From an uncultured virus (IMG/VR IMGVR_UViG_3300036715_002708) (lineage: Duplodnaviria > Heunggongvirae > Uroviricota > Caudoviricetes), in IMG/VR virus record IMGVR_UViG_3300036715_002708: DNA of 20,000 nt; one strand, given 5' to 3'. The position numbers and the translations under genes were made by a program. Below are positions 17,622 through 20,000 of the stretch, in pieces. Positions within the stretch are counted from its first letter, which is position 1; the number at the start of each line of letters is the position of its first letter. Under the pieces are notes generated by a model. That model worked only from the letters and a program-made list of their open reading frames with translations. It searched no databases and was not told the origin of the DNA.

Positions 17622-19034
17622 ATGCCGGACAAGAAAGCATTCAATCCGGAAGAGTTTAGAAAAGATGTTATTAACGCTATGGGGGCCAACGCCCTAGCCA
17701 TGTCAAGCTTTGTAAGAGTAGCTGATATACAGTTTGACACTTCTGTCCCCACTGCCGCAATTTCTTTGGACGGTTTGCCTGTTATTCATGTTAACCCAGA
17801 CTTCGTGGAAAAATACGCTACTACCCCAGAACATAGATTTGTCCTTATCTACCATGAGCTACTGCATATGATACTTGGGCATGGTGTTAAAATCAAAGAC
17901 ATGTCAGACAATGTAATAGCCGATGCCCTTATCAATTCTATCATATGCTGCCAGTATCCTCAAGCTAGATATACTCGGTTCTTTACAAATTTTTACGACG
18001 CTAAGAAGTTTCCAGATAACATTTTAAGACCGTATTCCAAGTTCGATAAATTTACCCACCGGCAAAAGTACCGTAAGCTATATTCTTTTTCGGGTATGTC
18101 CTGGCAAGACTTAAGGCGCTGGTATGACGAAAACACTAAAGAAGCAGGCAAGCCCCTAGAAACCCCCACCCTTCTTGGAACTCACGGAAAGGCAAAGACC
18201 GAGGGCAGTGGAGAGGTCTTGCTTCCTATAGCCGATGGGATTCGTAAATCTATTGAAAACGCTATTCGAGAGGAAGTAGAAAAAGAGCAAAATAGGATCA
18301 GGCAGAAATACTATAGGAGAAGTAACCCAGACTTTAATAAAATGGAAAAGGAGTTACAAGAATGTACAGAGCAGGGTTTTTCAAATAGCGTTTTTCTTAG
18401 AGCCATTACGAGAATGACCGAGTCAGTTAGGAAGAAAAGTGCTATTGAAAAAGTTCTTCTTGCTCAGTCTAAACAAAGTCTTTCCTCTCGTGTTGAGACT
18501 GCTATCCGTGGGATGTTCCCCAAAATTCCACTCATGACCCCTATCCCTAATTTTAGAGATAGATATGCGATTGCCGCCCAACAAGCCGGGGTGTACCGTC
18601 CCTTCTATAAGAACCCATTACTACCGAGAGATTATGGGGCGTGTAGCATTTATGTTGATGTCTCTGAAAGTATGGGTAATTATATGCGGCTAGTATATAA
18701 AGTTGCCGTTGATTGCAAGGATTATCTAGACGATAAAATCTTTTTATTCTCTAATGTTATTGAGCCAATCACTAAAAATGAACTATTAAAGGGAGTTGTT
18801 AAAAGCACAGGAGGGACTGACTTTAACATAATTATATCTCACATGGAGAAAAACAAAATTAAAAAGGCAGTTTTGTTCACCGACGGGTGGGCAGGGATAA
18901 ATAAGGATGGTCTTAGGTCCATAGAAAAGCACGGTTTAAGTATTATCTGTGTTCTAACTCCTCACGGGACAGAAGCCAATGTTAAGAAAATGTCTAAGCA
19001 AATTATAAAGATTGAGGAAGGAGACATTAAATGA
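17622..19034 (+). CDS. HExxH metallopeptidase-like plus vWA domain protein, partner of MoxR copy 2
   Basis: VPTAAI, YHELLH, NVIADALIN, MIDAS YVDVSESM, TGGTDF, LFTDGW. Confidence 0.87.
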   Translation: MPDKKAFNPEEFRKDVINAMGANALAMSSFVRVADIQFDTSVPTAAISLDGLPVIHVNPDFVEKYATTPEHRFVLIYHELLHMILGHGVKIKDMSDNVIADALINSIICCQYPQARYTRFFTNFYDAKKFPDNILRPYSKFDKFTHRQKYRKLYSFSGMSWQDLRRWYDENTKEAGKPLETPTLLGTHGKAKTEGSGEVLLPIADGIRKSIENAIREEVEKEQNRIRQKYYRRSNPDFNKMEKELQECTEQGFSNSVFLRAITRMTESVRKKSAIEKVLLAQSKQSLSSRVETAIRGMFPKIPLMTPIPNFRDRYAIAAQQAGVYRPFYKNPLLPRDYGACSIYVDVSESMGNYMRLVYKVAVDCKDYLDDKIFLFSNVIEPITKNELLKGVVKSTGGTDFNIIISHMEKNKIKKAVLFTDGWAGINKDGLRSIEKHGLSIICVLTPHGTEANVKKMSKQIIKIEEGDIK

Positions 19035-19774
19035 ATAGCCGAATACCCATTCCTGTTTCTGGAGATGCTGTAAGTGAATTTGATCCTACCAAAGATGCAA
19101 TAACAATAAGCATTGTGCCATCTAATCGGGCACCAGATGAACCAAAGTGGCGAGTGCATATAGGACGAACCATCTTAAAAAATGCTGGCGCAATGCACTT
19201 TTCTTATCTTCAGTCGTGGCGTAGTATGGAAGCCGCTTTCAAAGATAGGAACGCACGTGGTCGTGGATTTGTTTTAATGCTCAATGGGGAAGCGAGGCAC
19301 GTCGTTACCCCAAAGAGCTGGGACTTTCCAGAGCAATATAACATAAGCTTTGACTCTGATATTATAGACCCATTTCCTATTGCTACTAAAGAGCAGGTCA
19401 TCAGATATAATAATTTTGACCGTACTTCTATCGGGGGTTCTACATACCCAGTGAGTAACTATGTCGCTCATTCTGCTAGGACAATTATGTCATCTGTATT
19501 GGGAAACGAATTTATCCAAATAGGAGGTTTTGATTTTCCAAATAATGGATACTATGGAGTGCTCGGTATACCCATTGACCGTCTAGCGTTAGATGAATAC
19601 ACGAAGGAGATGTGCTTAAAAATTTATGGAGCTTCTTACAAGTTTAACTCCGCCACTAAGACATGCTGGGTAGAAAAGCAGTTTGATAATGGAGCAAAAG
19701 ATTATTATGTTGGCGACGGAGGGGCGAACAGACTAAAGTTCTTTAATATCTTATCTTTAGAGAGAAAACAATAG
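19031..19774 (+). CDS. Hypothetical protein (247 aa)
   Basis: GGAG RBS, ATGA overlap with vWA gene. Confidence 0.78.
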   Translation: MNSRIPIPVSGDAVSEFDPTKDAITISIVPSNRAPDEPKWRVHIGRTILKNAGAMHFSYLQSWRSMEAAFKDRNARGRGFVLMLNGEARHVVTPKSWDFPEQYNISFDSDIIDPFPIATKEQVIRYNNFDRTSIGGSTYPVSNYVAHSARTIMSSVLGNEFIQIGGFDFPNNGYYGVLGIPIDRLALDEYTKEMCLKIYGASYKFNSATKTCWVEKQFDNGAKDYYVGDGGANRLKFFNILSLERKQ

Positions 19775-19816
19775 GACGTGCGAAAGTTTGAAGAACTCAT
19801 GTAACCAAAGATCAGA

Positions 19817-19845
19817 TTGACAACAAGGTGAAAAAATATTATATT
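19817..19845 (+). promoter_or_regulatory. Near-consensus sigma70 promoter
   Basis: TTGACA (19817-19822), 17-bp spacer, TATATT (19840-19845), followed by AAAGGA RBS and ATG 19873. Confidence 0.8.
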
Positions 19846-19872
19846 GATACAAAGACAGTTAGAAAGGAAGCA

Positions 19873-20000
19873 ATGCGCAAATATAATGATTTCACGATAA
19901 GCTTATCTGGAAACCGAAAGACTAAATATATCATCGATGTAACTAAAGGCTGTATCGGAGCTAGAGTAACTGATGGAGGTTGCTATCACTCTTGCTTCTC
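19873..20000 (+). CDS. N-terminus of a possible radical-SAM-like protein, truncated by window edge
   Basis: Not in ORF track; MRKYNDFTISLSGNRKTKYIIDVTKGCIGARVTDGGCYHSCF has a D.tkGC...GC...CF three-cysteine motif with non-canonical spacing. Confidence 0.5.
   Translation, partial: MRKYNDFTISLSGNRKTKYIIDVTKGCIGARVTDGGCYHSCF

Noticed and set aside
1061..19471. Other minus-strand ORFs in the track
   Set aside because: Nearly all lie antisense to well-supported plus-strand genes and have no motifs.

Overview
A densely packed, entirely plus-strand segment with many ATGA stop/start overlaps, AGGAGG-type ribosome-binding sites and sigma70-type promoters. No housekeeping genes are present, so it most likely comes from a large phage or another large mobile element (inference; no capsid, terminase or replication gene is in the window). 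It encodes four AAA+ ATPases. Two are MoxR-type, each with a downstream HExxH-metallopeptidase/vWA partner; one is a classic-clade AAA and one is degenerate. Between the two MoxR-vWA modules lies a GC-richer array (about 7800-12670) of five RCC1-repeat beta-propeller genes with 7, 6, 13, 1 (broken) and 1 repeats; three of the four junctions carry a conserved ~100-bp spacer. The most striking feature is that each 150-bp RCC1 repeat has three hypervariable, aromatic-rich segments in a near-constant frame, and nucleotide-identical variants of these segments recur in different combinations across genes. This suggests a recombinationally shuffled repertoire of binding proteins. Also present are a hexapeptide-repeat fusion protein, a small WYL-like protein, Cys-rich small proteins and the start of a radical-SAM-like gene. 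All family calls come from motifs read by eye, not from database searches.
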